DNA of 64,000 nucleotides, from positions 16,916,752 to 16,980,751 of the forward strand of contig OZ316898.1 in assembly GCA_973895155.1 (NCBI GenBank). Direction: 5' to 3'. Each line of letters starts with the position of its first letter. The first letter of the stretch is position 1. Positions 12,411 through 24,756 of this stretch are shown here, one piece after another. The notes beneath the pieces are model-generated. The model worked only from the letters and a program-made list of their open reading frames with translations. It was not told the origin of the DNA and did not search any database. This DNA comes from Marsupella aquatica. Taxonomy: Eukaryota > Plantae > Marchantiophyta. Position numbers and translations under genes: made by a program.

Positions 12411-13471
12411 TCAATCATCAAGAAGAGTTGATGTGTGATTTAACCTTAGCTGTCGGTTTCTTCAAAGTAGCTTTGACTCCGAGTTTGGTGTTGAACTCCA
12501 CCTTTGGTCGATCTTTTGATGTTCTGGGGGCCTTAGGAATGTTCGGTTCAATCCTTTGTAAGGCTCTGTTAGTGGCAACATTGTGCAATCTTCCGTGTGC
12601 TCTAGAGTCGATTACACAGGATTCCTCCGTGAGTGAGGTCAAATTCTCAGCTCTAAGTAGCTCTTGTGTAGGGGTCGTGACTGCTTGGTCGTGTACACCT
12701 GAGTTGGTCAGGTGCTTATTGCTTAGGATGTCCGGGGGAACAGGGGCCCAGTCGATCCTCATGGTTGCCGCTGAGGAAGGGAGCATGTTGTTCTCGTCCT
12801 CGTCCATGTGTGCTGGTTCTGTGTTGCATGGGATTCCATCCTTGGTAAAAAGTGTCGTTGCTGTCTTGCTTCTTTTTTGTGGGCCGTGTGTCGGTGTGTC
12901 TAAGAAAGTGTTTTGGTATTCAGTTGCAGTGCTGCTGGTTGTGTGTACTATGGTGTCCTTGGTTTCTGTTTGCTGTGCTGGGCATGATGGTTGCGTGTCA
13001 GATGCTGGAGCTTTCTGCTTGATTGGTGTCAAAATTATTGTTACCAACGTCTTGGTTGCTGAGTTGGGCTTTTGATTCTTCTTTGGCGTGTGTGCCCTGG
13101 TGCAAAGTGGTTCACTTGTCGATTGGTCAGTTGGTGTCTGTGGGGGGACGGAGGTGCCTTCCAGGTGGTTGTCGACATCCATGAGGGCCTCAAAAGAGTT
13201 GTGTGTTGGTGCATAAGGTGAAGTCTCAATCCTGGTGCTTCGTGGCTCCCTGGTCTTGTGTTTCACCTGCTGAAATTCGTTGGCTCCGGGATTGGTCCCT
13301 TGTGCTTGTGTTGTCGTAGCGCCTGGAGTTGGGTTTGTTGATCGAGCAGCTTCACTTCCTTCTTCAGTTGCTGCGGCTTTCTTCTTGGTGGGGCAGTGTC
13401 GAGCTTGGTGCCCTCTTTTCCTGCATACAAAACAGGCATCTGGCATCGACCTATACTCTATCGCTATTTTG

Positions 13472-13892
13472 TGTTGGGTATTTACTCTTACGTCTAGGTT
13501 AGGTATGACGTGGTTGGTACAACAACGTGGGTTGGTACAACTATGTGGTTAGGTACAACTACGTGATTAGGTACAACTATGTGGTTAGGTACAACTACGT
13601 GATTAGGTACAACTATGTGGTTAGGTACAACTAAGTTGCACACTATATCATAAGAGGCATGTGTGCTTGGAGAGGAAGAACCAAGGCTCATTGTTATGGA
13701 GCCACTTGAGAGATAGGGAGAGCTTACACTGTGGAGACTCGGTATAGCCGACGGGCTTAGAGTTCAGTAAAGCTCTCTTGTGTGTTCCCGTAGACGTAGC
13801 CTCAAGGAGGTGAACCACGTATCTCTTGTGTCGACTATTGTGCGTTGGATGGTTCATGGGCTTGCCATTGCGATCGTCGTCTATGCTCAACA
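13472..13892 (+). repeat. 5' LTR of copia copy 1 (421 bp, six 18-bp units)
   Basis: TGTTGGG...CTCAACA; internal GGTACAACTA(T/C)GTG(G/A)TTA tandem units. Confidence 0.96.
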
Positions 13893-13894
13893 AT

Positions 13895-13906
13895 TGGTAT
13901 CAGAGC
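13895..13906 (+). promoter_or_regulatory. Primer-binding site complementary to the 3' end of initiator tRNA-Met
   Basis: TGGTATCAGAGC 2 nt downstream of the LTR; also present in copy 2 at 46175-46186 (minus). Confidence 0.93.
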
Positions 13907-14326
13907 ATGCTTGGGAGGTGACGTGTGTTCGTGACAGGATTTCATTACGGTTTTTCCAGCGTTGAGCGTCGGTGGATTTCCTGGAGTTCCGTCGCATGGA
14001 ACTTGGAGTTTATGGGCTCAACGGATAGATCGTGGCATGAGCTTTCTAACGGTGTGAAGAAATCGCTGAACGGAGCTCGTGGTGCAGAGAGATCTAAGTT
14101 TTCGTCGTTCTGGATTTTGTGAAGAAAGTTGGCAATCGACTCGGAGGGAGAAGCGTCAAGTGTTTTGACTCAACGGAGAGATTGAGGCAAGATGATTGTT
14201 TTGAGTCCGGGATTGGCTCTTTGATGCAAAGAGGAAGAGCATGTGACACCGATACCATCACCGGTGCGGCGTGTGGTGGAGGAAGCAGTACTACTACCGG
14301 AGCTCACGGTAGTGCCAAAGAAGAAG

Positions 14327-15183
14327 ATGGGGACTTTCAAGCTTGGGGGACCCAAGTATGAAGTGACAAAGTATGATGGGCGCTCTGACTACTTGCTATG
14401 GGAGAAGCAGGTGAAGGGAGTGCTCTATGCGTCAGGGATGGGCCAACTGCTGAGCCCTCGTAAGACGATGTTGATGAGAAACAATGGGACCGCATGCAGG
14501 AGCAGGGAGTATGGTGTGTTACACTCTATCTCATGCCTCCCATCATCAAGCAGTTGGGTGCACATAAGGATTGCATGTCCTTGTTTGCGGAATTGCAGAG
14601 CAAGTATCACCGCAAGGAGTTGTCGAACCGGCTCTACACTTCCTACAAACTCATGAGTTTCAGGATGAAAGAATCCGGTACAAAGTTGCAAGACCATGTG
14701 GATGCTTTCAACGACATGGTCGTTGACTTGGAAAACCTTGGGGAGACTTTGAATGATGAGACGAAGGCTCTGCAGCTTCTTAGTTCATTGCCTCCATCTT
14801 ACCAGTCCCTATCACGAGTGTTGTTGCATCGTGATAGGGATACCATTTCATACAATGACGTGGTAAGTTCTCTGCTTAGTGATGATCTTCAGCAGAAGAT
14901 GCACATCACATCACAGCCTTTATCATCTGGTGCTGCCCTCAATGTTAACCGTGGGAGGGGTATGCAGCGACCAACTGGGGACCGTAGAACCCAGTTTAGA
15001 TCTAAATCCAGATCTAAGTCCAAGGGTAAATCCCCTCAGAGGAGGCAGGTGACATGTTGGAAGTGCAACCAAGTTGGACACTTCAAGCGAGACTGTAAGG
15101 GAAAGGCAGCGGAAACTTCATCGGCAAATGTGGCTAGGGCTGATGGAGAAGCTGATTTACTCAATGATGAGTATGTTTTATGA
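14327..15183 (+). pseudogene. gag: copia gag (copy 1), 1-bp deletion frameshift near 14461
   Basis: KYDGRSDYLLW, LLSSLPPSY and CWKCNQVGHFKRDC knuckle; compared with the intact gag of copy 2. Confidence 0.9.
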
Positions 15184-18100
15184 AGCCGGGGGTATGCCCT
15201 GTGCACGTCATCTAGGAGAGCAGATGATGTGTGGATTCTTGATTGTGCTTGCTCTTTTCATATTTGATACATTCGTGAGTTTTTCAGTTCTTACTCTATT
15301 TCAAACGGTTCAGTTCTGATGGGAAATGATCACTCCTGTCAAATTGAGGGAATTGGGTCTATGAAGATTCAAATGTTTGATGGCGCTGTGCGCACAGTGT
15401 CCGGAGTCAGGTATGTACCTGGCATGCGTAAGAATCTGATTTCACTCGGTGTGTTGGATTCAAATGGTCATCAATGGAGCGTTATTGATGGTGAACTTCA
15501 AGTCAGGTCGGGAGAGACAGTGATTTTGAAGGGGAGTAGACAAAAGAATTTGTATGTGTTACAGGGCAATACTGTATGTGGAGAGGCCAATGTAACCAAG
15601 TCTCACGAGGAGATGACTCAACTGTGGCATTCACGGCTAGGCCACATGAGTGAGAAGGGTTTGGCTATCTTACGGAAGAATGGACTCATTTCTGATTTGC
15701 AATCTTATAAATTAGAGTTTTGTGAGCATTGCATTCTTGGAAAGCAGCATCGTCGTGCTTTTGGTGTTGGAACTCATCGTTCCAAAGCGGTTCTTGAGTA
15801 CATACATAGTGACGTGTGGGGTCCATCCCCGACTCCCTCACACTCTGGAAAGTTGTACTATGTATCATTTATTGATGATTACTCAAGATTTGTGTGGATT
15901 TATTTCATGACGCATAAGTCTGATATCTTGTCCATTTTTAAGAAGTGGAAGGCCCAGGTGGAGAATCAGACTGGAAACACGATCAAGTGTTTGGATACAA
16001 GGGTGAAGAGTCTGAGGTCAGACAACGGCGGGGAGTACACTTCAATGGAATTTGAAGAGTACTGTTCAGAACAGGGGATAACTCGCCATCTCACCATAGT
16101 TTATACTCCGCAGCAGAATGGTGTCGCTGAGAGGCTCAATCGGACACTGTTGGAGCGGTCACGGAGTATGTTGAGCCAATCAGGTTTACCACAAGAATTT
16201 TGGGCAGAAGCTGTCAATACCGCAGCTTATTTGGTAAATCTTTCTACTTCTAGTGCTATCAATTTCAAAACGCCGTTTGAGATGCGCTATAAGCGGCAAG
16301 CAGACTATCATGGCTTGGTAGTTTTTGGAAGTGATGCATATGCTCTCACACCGAAGCAGAATAGGACCAAGTTGGATCCTACCTCCAGGAAATGTGTTTT
16401 TCTTGGGTACCAGAGTGGTGTGAAAGCCTATAGGCTATGGGATCCTATTGCCTGTAAGCTCGTTGTCAGTAGGGATGTTTCCTTCAATGAATCCAGATTA
16501 TTGAAGGAGGGGGAGAATACTCAGGTCTCCCGTACTGACAAAGGAAAATCTCCTATCCCGGATCTCGTTGAGGGGGAGATTGGTTATGAGGTGCATGACC
16601 GGAGAGAAGGAGTTGCTCCAATTATGGAGCTGGTTCCTGTGCCAGAGGAACCAGAGGAGTTTGTTGATGCTGGTGAGCAGCAAGTGGATGCTGTTGAGCT
16701 TCAAATTGTACCAGCACACGCAGATCAACTAGAGTCATCGGCTAGAAGAACATTTGGTCGCACTGTACGCGCTCCACCAAGGTATGGACAGTGGGTTGAT
16801 TCATCTCAACTGCAAGAGGATGATTTTACAGCTGATGATGAGGGTGATGCGTTAATTTTGGAAGAAGGGGAACCTTCTTCATTTCATGAGGCAAGTGCTT
16901 CAAAGGAGAAGCAGAAGTGGACTGCAGCAATGCAAACGGAGATGCAGTCACTAAAGGACAACAAAACTTGGGAGCTTGTTAAGCTGCCTAAGGGTCAGCA
17001 AGTGGTGGACAGCAAGTGGATTTACAAGTTAAAGGATAATTCCATAGGAGGTGGATCGAAGGTCTACAAGGCTAGATTGGTAGCAAAGGGATTCACACAA
17101 GAGAAAGGTGTGGATTACAATGAGATCTTCTCACCAGTTGCTAAGTACTCTACAATACGACTATTGTGTGTACTTGTTGTAATATTTGGTCTGCTGCTAG
17201 ATCAGATGGATGTTGTCACAGCTTTCCTCTATGGCACGTTGGAAGAGGTGATCTTCATGAGACAACCGCTAGGTTTTGTGAAGAGAGGACAGGAGGAATT
17301 GGTTTGCAGATTGCTGAAATCCTTGTATGGGTTGAAGCAGTCACCAAGACAGTGGAACAAGCGGTTTGACGATTGGATTCGGTCACAAGGTTTTCACAGA
17401 AGTGTATTTGACCCTTGTGTGTATTTGAAACCGGTAAAGAATGTTGTCTTTGGGTTCATTGTTTTAGTACTTTATGTGGATGATATGCTAATTGCAGCCA
17501 AGGATAGGTCTGAGATTGTTAAGCTCAAGGCACTGCTTAGTGCAGAGTTTAAGATGAAGGACTTAGGGCCAGCTAAGAGGATTTTGGGTATGGAGATCAC
17601 TAGGGACTTGGAGGCTGGCAAGCTATGGTTGACGCAGAGCAGTTATGCGAGGAAGGTAATTGCAAGGTTCAACATGGGGAATAGCAAGCCAGTAAGTACC
17701 CCGTTGGCTCCACACTTCAAGTTATCATCAGCGTTCTGTCCTACGGATGACACAGAGAAGGGGTTGATGTCAAAGGTTCCGTATGACAAGGCAGTGGGGA
17801 GTCTCATGTATTTGATGACTTGCACTAGACCTGATCTTGCCATGGCTATGGGCAAGGTGAGCAGGTACATGTCGAATCCAGGGAAGGTACACTAGGAAGC
17901 AATGAAGTGGATTATCAGGTACTTGAAGGGTACCGTGGATCATGGTCTTTTATTTGATGCGAATGCAAAGAATGCTAAATCATTGATTGGCTATGTTGAT
18001 TCTGACTATGGACAAGATTTGGACCGAAGGAGATCAACAATAGGATACGTGTTCACACTTGGCGGTGGATGCATAAGTTGGAGGTCTACTTTGCAGAAGT

Positions 18101-18456
18101 GTATTGCTCAGTCTACTACAGAAGCGGAGTATGTTGCAGCTGCGGAAGCAGCAAATGAAGCGATTTGGTTGGATAGACTTATCACTGAAATGGGATTGCC
18201 ACAGGGGAATGTGAAGCTCCATTGTGATAGTCAAAGTGCGCTCCACCTTGCTGTGAACCAGGTGATGGACAGCAGAGTGAAGCATATTGACGTTAGGTAC
18301 CATTTTATCAGGCAGGCTGTGTCTGATAATTTGTTTGAGCTAGTCAAAATTGATGGTAAACTCAACCCGGCTGACGCATTTACCAAAGTGATTCCTTTGG
18401 AGAGTTTCTCTAGACACCGTGACGTATTGCAGGTTTTGCAATTGCATCACAAGTAG
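15184..18456 (+). pseudogene. pol: copia pol (PR-IN-RT-RNaseH), copy 1; stops at 15265 and 17893
   Basis: WILDCACSFH (PR); WHSRLGH, HSDVWGP, LRSDNGGEY, PQQNGVAER (IN); YKARLVAKGF, QMDVVTAFL, LYGLKQSPRQW, LYVDDMLI (RT); GYVDSDY, TTEAEY, KHIDVRYHF (RH). Confidence 0.95.
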
Positions 18457-18646
18457 AGTTTTCTTAACATTCATTGTAATTACTGATATATGTTCTTCCT
18501 CATTCCTATGTATTAGGCTACGGCTTAGTTCTGGTTTGCTCTAGTTAGAGAGGGAAACCGGTTTGGTTTTTGTCCAGAACTTCCCGCTGAGGGATCATAT
18601 ACATTGGCAGTATTACTCTCCCCTAGACCAGAGTCAAGGGGAAGAT

Positions 18647-19121
18647 TGTTGGGTATTTACTCTTACGTCTAGGTTAGGTATGACGTGGTTGGTACAACAA
18701 CGTGGGTTGGTACAACTATGTGGTTAGGTACAACTACGTGATTAGGTACAACTATGTGGTTAGGTACAACTATGTGGTTAGGTACAACTACGTGATTAGG
18801 TACAACTATGTGGTTAGGTATAACTACGTGATTAGGTACAACTATGTGGTTAGGTACAACTAAGTTGCACACTATATCATAAGAGGCATGTGTGCTTGGA
18901 GAGGAAGAACCAAGGCTCATTGTTATGGAGCCACTTGAGAGATAGGGAGAGCTTACACTGTGGAGACTCGGTATAGCCGACGAGCTTAGAGTTCAGTAAA
19001 GCTCTCTTGTGTGTTCCCGTAGACGTAGCCTCAAGGAGGTGAACCACGTATCTCTTGTGTCGACTATTGTGCGTTGGATGGTTCATGGGCTTGCCGTTGC
19101 GATCGTCGTCTATGCTCAACA
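18647..19121 (+). repeat. 3' LTR of copia copy 1 (475 bp, nine 18-bp units)
   Basis: Near-identical to the 5' LTR apart from 54 extra bp of repeat and about 3 substitutions. Confidence 0.96.
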
Positions 19122-20648
19122 TTTTGAAGTCTCTGATCCCGGGTAGACTGAAGATGATGTATTCTACTAGGTCTTTATTCAGGTCAATTAGTACACATCC
19201 ATGAATATGTGGAAATCGGCTACGTGAATTGGTAGCACTGGCAGCATAGACTACCCTTCCAACGGATTTAAGCAGAATCGTTTGCGTAAATCTCCATGGA
19301 CGGATGTACCATTGGTAGGTCTATCCACACTGGAGCTTGTGAGCTTTTCATGGTTTGGGCATCAAAATCTGCAGCCCAGGGCATCGCAATGACAAGTTTG
19401 TTGCCCATGTGGAAGGGTACCTCAGCCAGTATCTGGTCTTGTTCTGCATGAGAGGAGACTACAAGCAAAAACGTAAAGCGAGAGATGACTTTGACTTGCT
19501 CAACTTTAATGTTCATGTTTTGCACGATTACATCATCAACCCAAGCTTCGAAGTGATCACGTGATGGATTGAAATCAACAGTATAGATTATGATACCCCT
19601 CTCTTGGAGATGTAGAACTCTACTTTTGATGGTAGTGGTATTGCCTTCGAATCGCACTGCACGCATCCCTTCTGAAGGTTTTTCTGGTGGAGCGGGTAGG
19701 TGGTTGAGTGCTGCTAGTAACTCTTCATTTGAGATCTTTTGTCCTGCTCTGGGATCAAAGTTGTCATCTTCATACGGATTAGCGTTGGTCTCCGTCGTGG
19801 TAGGGTTGCTTGCCATGGTGAAGTTGTTGCTCCTTATTGTATTATAGGTCCTTCCTGTCGCTGCCTTAGCAGCATAGGATTCGTGGTGCTTATCTTTCTC
19901 TCTCTGAATTTGCTGCACTCTCTTGCTCGGCTTTAGCTGCAGTTCCTGTTCTTGGATGATTGCGCTATGTGTTATGCTTGTTGCTGGTGTCATTGGGAGC
20001 CGCATTTGTATGGGGACAATGGCCCTTGCGAGTTCGCTGCTCTTCGCCTCACTGATTGCCTTCTTAGTCTGCAACTGCTGCCCTGCTTCTTGGCTCCGTG
20101 GTTCGCTGCTCTCCTTTTCGATGGTTCTTGATTCTTCTTGGTGATGCAGCGATTTGCGTTTTTGATAGTGCACATTTTCTTCTGTGGCCGATTGTTGGTG
20201 CTGGTGTAGTCTTGATTGTGGGTGCTTTGTGCTATCGACCTTTTCCATCTCTGTATCCATTGCGCGGCTGGAAGGAGGGAAACTTCGTTTCAGTTCAGCC
20301 ATCTTCGTTGCTTTCTGCTTTTCTTGATTGCTCAATCGGTCATACCAATCCAGGTGGACTGCTTCATTCCATTGTTGATTGTCGTAAGGTAGCTCACTTG
20401 TATTTGGTGAATTCGTTGCCCTTCTCTTTGCACCTTCTTTAGACATGCTGCTCACTCACGTGGTTCTTGACAATGTCAAGCTCCCAGACACGAGTGTGTA
20501 TGCCAGAACACTTCTGATGCTTCGCTCGATGTTCGCCCTGCTCTACCATGTTTTCAGCTGTCGAAATGGATTGATCAGGCCCTTTCCTCCATAGCCCGCA
20601 GGCTCTGTCGGTGCTTCCATCCGTGCCTCCCTGACCGACGCGTTAAGC

Positions 20649-20743
20649 CAGCTTATACTTAGCAATAAGTGCACCATTTTTATCAACTTATACTTAGCAA
20701 TAAGAAGACCATTTTTATCAACTTGTACTTAGTGATAAGTGCA
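20649..20743. repeat. 35-bp minisatellite that was the LINE target site
   Basis: TAAGTGCACCATTTTTATCAACTTATACTTAGCAA units here, and one unit left of the LINE at ~8015-8045. Confidence 0.85.
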
Positions 20744-23700
20744 TGACACTTTTCCACAGAGTAAAAATTGCACTTGTGGGGTAGGGGATCACATTTAGGC
20801 CAGCTCGATGCACAATTTTCAGTGGGAGTCACTAGAATGTTCACTGACTTTCTAAACTCTAAACCATACACTCTCAATATCAATAAATGCACAATTCCAC
20901 ACTCAGTCACACTTACCATGTAGTACAGAACAGGACTAAGTGCACCCCGGATGCTTCTTCTCAGGAGTTGGAACTTTAAAGAGGGTTAACTGTAATTTGT
21001 TCTTGTAATGCAAGAGTACAACCATGATCGAGAGACGACATTGTCCCTCATTGAAAGACAAAATCTAGAGGAAATCTACAACTATAATAGACTATCTTGC
21101 CCATTTTGTCCTTAGTCCTGTTACGAAATGCATTATGGGCGGGAAACATTTTGCCCATGATTAGATCATGCCTAAGTTTTATTTCAATCGTGTGATCTCA
21201 AAACAGATCGAGACTCTTTCATTGAACTAGGTGTGGCCCCTGATGTGCCTTTGGCCTCCCATATCAATACCGTGGTACTCCTTAGAGTTCTGGGGTACGT
21301 TAAAAGGACAAGAGAACAAAAGGTACATTGAAGAATTAAAAGCCTGATGGTACAGCCAAGGTACATATATAGTACCTTTCTTGCCCTCTCTTGTGACGGT
21401 ACAGTCTATACCTCTCACTCTCCATGCTTGATTCACAACCACAACCTTTTTCATGACAAGTATTATGGGCCTTGACAATTTCCTATTCAAAATTCTCTTT
21501 GAATGCAATGAGTGCAGAATAAATTAAAACATATTTATATTTAAAAATAAACAATATGTTTTTTTTTCCTTTCTATCTTTCACTTTTCACTTGGTATAAA
21601 GGAGACAATAGAAAAAGACCAAAATCCAGCAAAATATAACCTTGGTTGAGAAAACAAGTAAAGTAAAAACTTTATAATTCATTTGGCTTATGATATGCTT
21701 TATTCTGCCAGATGTTTTTTTGTCTATTTCCAAAATGAGAAACACAAAGGAGAAAATCCTAGCCCATGATCACACAAACAACTTTTTAGCATCCTGAGAT
21801 CCACCCATACACTAATTTGTTTTTTTACTTTCAGCCCAAATTTCCCTGAGCCTGCCTATAAAAACATTAATTATTTCATGGAGAAGAAGATGGCCATTTT
21901 AATATGCCCAACAATTGGGTAACACATGAATATTATTCTAATCTTTATAACTTCATCTCTCCTTAACGTCTTTTTCTTTCCTTGATATCTTCTCGAGAGT
22001 TCTTCCACAAAAATGGCACATCACGTGCGACGAAGGATAGGGTCATTTTATTGATTCTAAATGAAGATTTAAGAATTTTTTCAAAAGAACAAAAGGATCT
22101 CTTAAATTCAATTTTGAGACTTATAAGAACATTAGTGTCTTTTCAATCAAAATTTGAGAATATTCCAAGAATATTTCAACTTATAGGGGTTTCAAAATAA
22201 TTTTTTTCTTACATTTTAGGGGGGTGCGAGGCCTAAAATGTCATAGGTGATGGGGAGGTCTCCATATAGTGAGACCCCTGGCCAAGGATATCTTTTTCTC
22301 ACCCTCTATTTTTTTCTCACATTGGTATTGTTATCTCACCACAACAATTTTTTCTCACTCTCGATGTCTTACCTTTCCTCGACAATCATCTCTTTCTCTC
22401 CTTGAGGTCTTTTCTCTCCTGGCTTGACATCTTTTCCTCACCTAAGTGACATCTTATCTTTCTCATCCCGCATGTTTTTCTCACCTTGACATATTTTCTC
22501 ATCTGAACATCCAAGTTGCCTCTCCTAGACATATTGCCCTCTTCTCAATATCTTGGCCTCTCCTTGACATCATTGACACTTCTTGACATCTTTCCCCTCG
22601 CCTCCACATCTTTGCCTCTCCTCATGCAACATCATGCCCTTGCCTCGACATCTTTCATGCAAAGCATGGGCATGGGGCTAGTCAGAGTATAAGTATGGTC
22701 CCTATGTTGGACATAGTCTACTTATATAGACCAACAAATCCTGGAGAGACCAATTTTAGCAATAGCAAACTGGCAAACCCAAAAGCTCATTCACACAACC
22801 AAAGGGAAGCCAACCACGTGCACACTTACATCAATCAAATGCAAGGTGAAATGACCCAAGGATTTAAGGGGCTCAACTGCACTTACAGCAAGCTGGCACA
22901 AGGTCAAAGGACCCAAAGAGCAACACAAGAGAAAAATTACATAAATGGGCTGAGGGCGGTTGGATTCAGGGCCTATGTATAGTCCAACTTCTCTATACTC
23001 CAGCACTAACTTTCCTATAAAAAACAGTCATTCAATAAGTATGGTGTGACAAGGAACTAGCTAGAGTGCTTTCAAGGCAAGAAAAACAATTCTAGGACTA
23101 AAACAATATTGGCTACATTTGAAAGTTGTGTGATTTTGTTTATGTACCCCATGAGAAGCGTTTTTCCAAAATTTCTAGCATCACATGTGACCACATCAGC
23201 GGTTTTCTAAACCCTAAACATTATGTTTACAACTTTTGTAAACACGACCTTTTGTGTTGATACAACGTACACTAACCTCACTGGGAGAAACAGATTTCTC
23301 ACAAAGGTATGGAAGGGGAACCATCGTAACTTCAGTTAGAGGCATTAGAGCATCACTTACAGTATTAACCTACTTTACAATTTGAATACACAACTTTGCA
23401 TGTGCCTGATGTATGATGCTCGGAATTTACGGATTCACATATCTACAAGGCCTCTACAAGAGTATGCAATATTCTGTGACCTCTCTCATGGACCCACCGG
23501 AAGGAACCCCGTCGGAACCTGATCACTGGCCAGTCTTTAGGAGTTTGTGCGCCGATTGTAGTTCTAAGTGTCTTCTTTAGTTGCCTCCTCCTGAGGCCCA
23601 GCTTCTTTCCTATTGCCTGCCTTCCCAGTTTTAGCTCTTTAACCTTTGGTCCTTTGGGTTGGTGTCCCTCTTTTGGGCCCTCGGATCTGCATGCTGGCTA

Positions 23701-24390
23701 TTTGAATGGAATTTGGTTTTTTTAGGGCAAAAAACGAGAGTATGGAATCTTATGTGACCAAGCAGCAGGCTTAAAAAAACTTGGACTTCTTAATTTGCGG
23801 CAGGTTTTGAATGAAGTCGTCTTTGTTTCTTAGGATAAATTCACAATACAATTGGAAGAGGATGAGTTGTGCGCAAAAGAAAATTTGTGCTGGGAAGGTT
23901 GAAATTTGCAACATTCAAAAAATGACAACAAATTTGCAACGTTCATGTGTCATAAAAGCGCAGGGAATGTTGTCGATGAGGATGTCCAGATAAATGAGTC
24001 CACTGCTATTGCTTCATTCAAACTTTCTGTGCATGTCAAGTGCATGTTTTAGTGAGGAGTACCTTAATTTAGTCCACCTACAGAAGCTGATGGGAGGAAA
24101 CATATATATGCATTGAAATTTATTGGGCCAGAGTAAGCTTGAGCCTCAAATTGAGAAATTTCCTCAAATTTTCTGCTAACTCTTATTGGCTGAACTTAGT
24201 TCAGCTTTGTGGTGGGAGCCCAAAATGGCGCTAAACTTCATCAATGGCTCCCTCATAGAGTCATAGTCTATTCTCTCCAGCTTTCAATGTGCTTTCGTCT
24301 TTCTTTTTTGATTTCCCTCATACTTTATTCTCTCCAACTTTCAATGTGTTTGTTTTTTCGTCTTTTTTTTTTTCATTTGGATGAAATGAG

Positions 24391-24756
24391 TGACCTGGGA
24401 CACTCTTTCCAAAGGGCTCAATAAGAGAGGCAACCCTTTTTAAGGGTCCTTTTTCTGCATTCCATTCTTTTTTATTTATTTCTTGGGGTGAAATGGGTCA
24501 CCTGGAAGAGGGACGACTCTTTTAAAGGGGCTAAATAAGAGGGGAGGAATAAAAAAGGAGGGGAGTATTATTGTTAAGAAATTAAGAAATTTGATTCTTC
24601 ACCTGAGACACTTTTTCCAAGGGGCTCAATAAGAGGGGCGACTCTTTTTTAGGGACCTTTTTGTGTGGGAGCATTCCATTCTTTTTTATTTCTTTTCTTT
24701 GGGTGAAATGGGTCACCTGGAAGAGGGACGACTCTTTTAAAGGGGCTAAATAAGAG
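24391..24756. repeat. Direct duplication of ~150 bp with ~210-bp period
   Basis: GGGTGAAATGGGTCACCTGGAAGAGGGACGACTCTTTTAAAGGGGCTAAATAAGAG occurs twice, with similar upstream sequence. Confidence 0.85.

Larger units (their letters stand above)
13472..19121 (+). mobile_element. Ty1/copia LTR retrotransposon copy 1 (Tnt1/Tork-like), nested in LINE ORF1
   Basis: TG...CA LTRs at 13472-13892 and 18647-19121; TSD TTTTG (13467-13471, 19122-19126); PBS TGGTATCAGAGC; PPT AAGGGGAAGA at 18636-18645; domain order gag-PR-IN-RT-RH. Confidence 0.97.
12418..20455 (-). pseudogene. LINE ORF1 (DUF4283-like region plus CX2CX4HX4C zinc knuckle), split by the copia insertion
   Basis: N-terminal part at 19268-20455 with PVWIDLP. 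Removing 13472-19121 plus one TTTTG restores ...PGIRDFKIAIEYRSMPDACFVCRKRGHQARHC..., continuing to 12418. Premature stop at 19268. Confidence 0.88.
8046..20648 (-). mobile_element. Full-length L1-clade LINE (~6.95 kb without the nested copia), decayed
   Basis: Poly(A) tail seen as the T-run at 8048-8072. TSD CAGCTTATACTTA at 8033-8045 and 20649-20661. ORF1 has a CCHC knuckle; ORF2 has APE endonuclease, RT and zf-RVT. Confidence 0.93.

Noticed and set aside
10083-13552. Plus-strand ORFs within the LINE (e.g. 168 aa, 215 aa)
   Set aside because: Antisense shadows of LINE ORF1 and ORF2.
13494-13893. (VVPNH[IV])n ORF and the 81-aa ORF repeated in the LTRs
   Set aside because: Antisense readings of the LTR and its 18-bp repeat; one LTR has a frameshift there.
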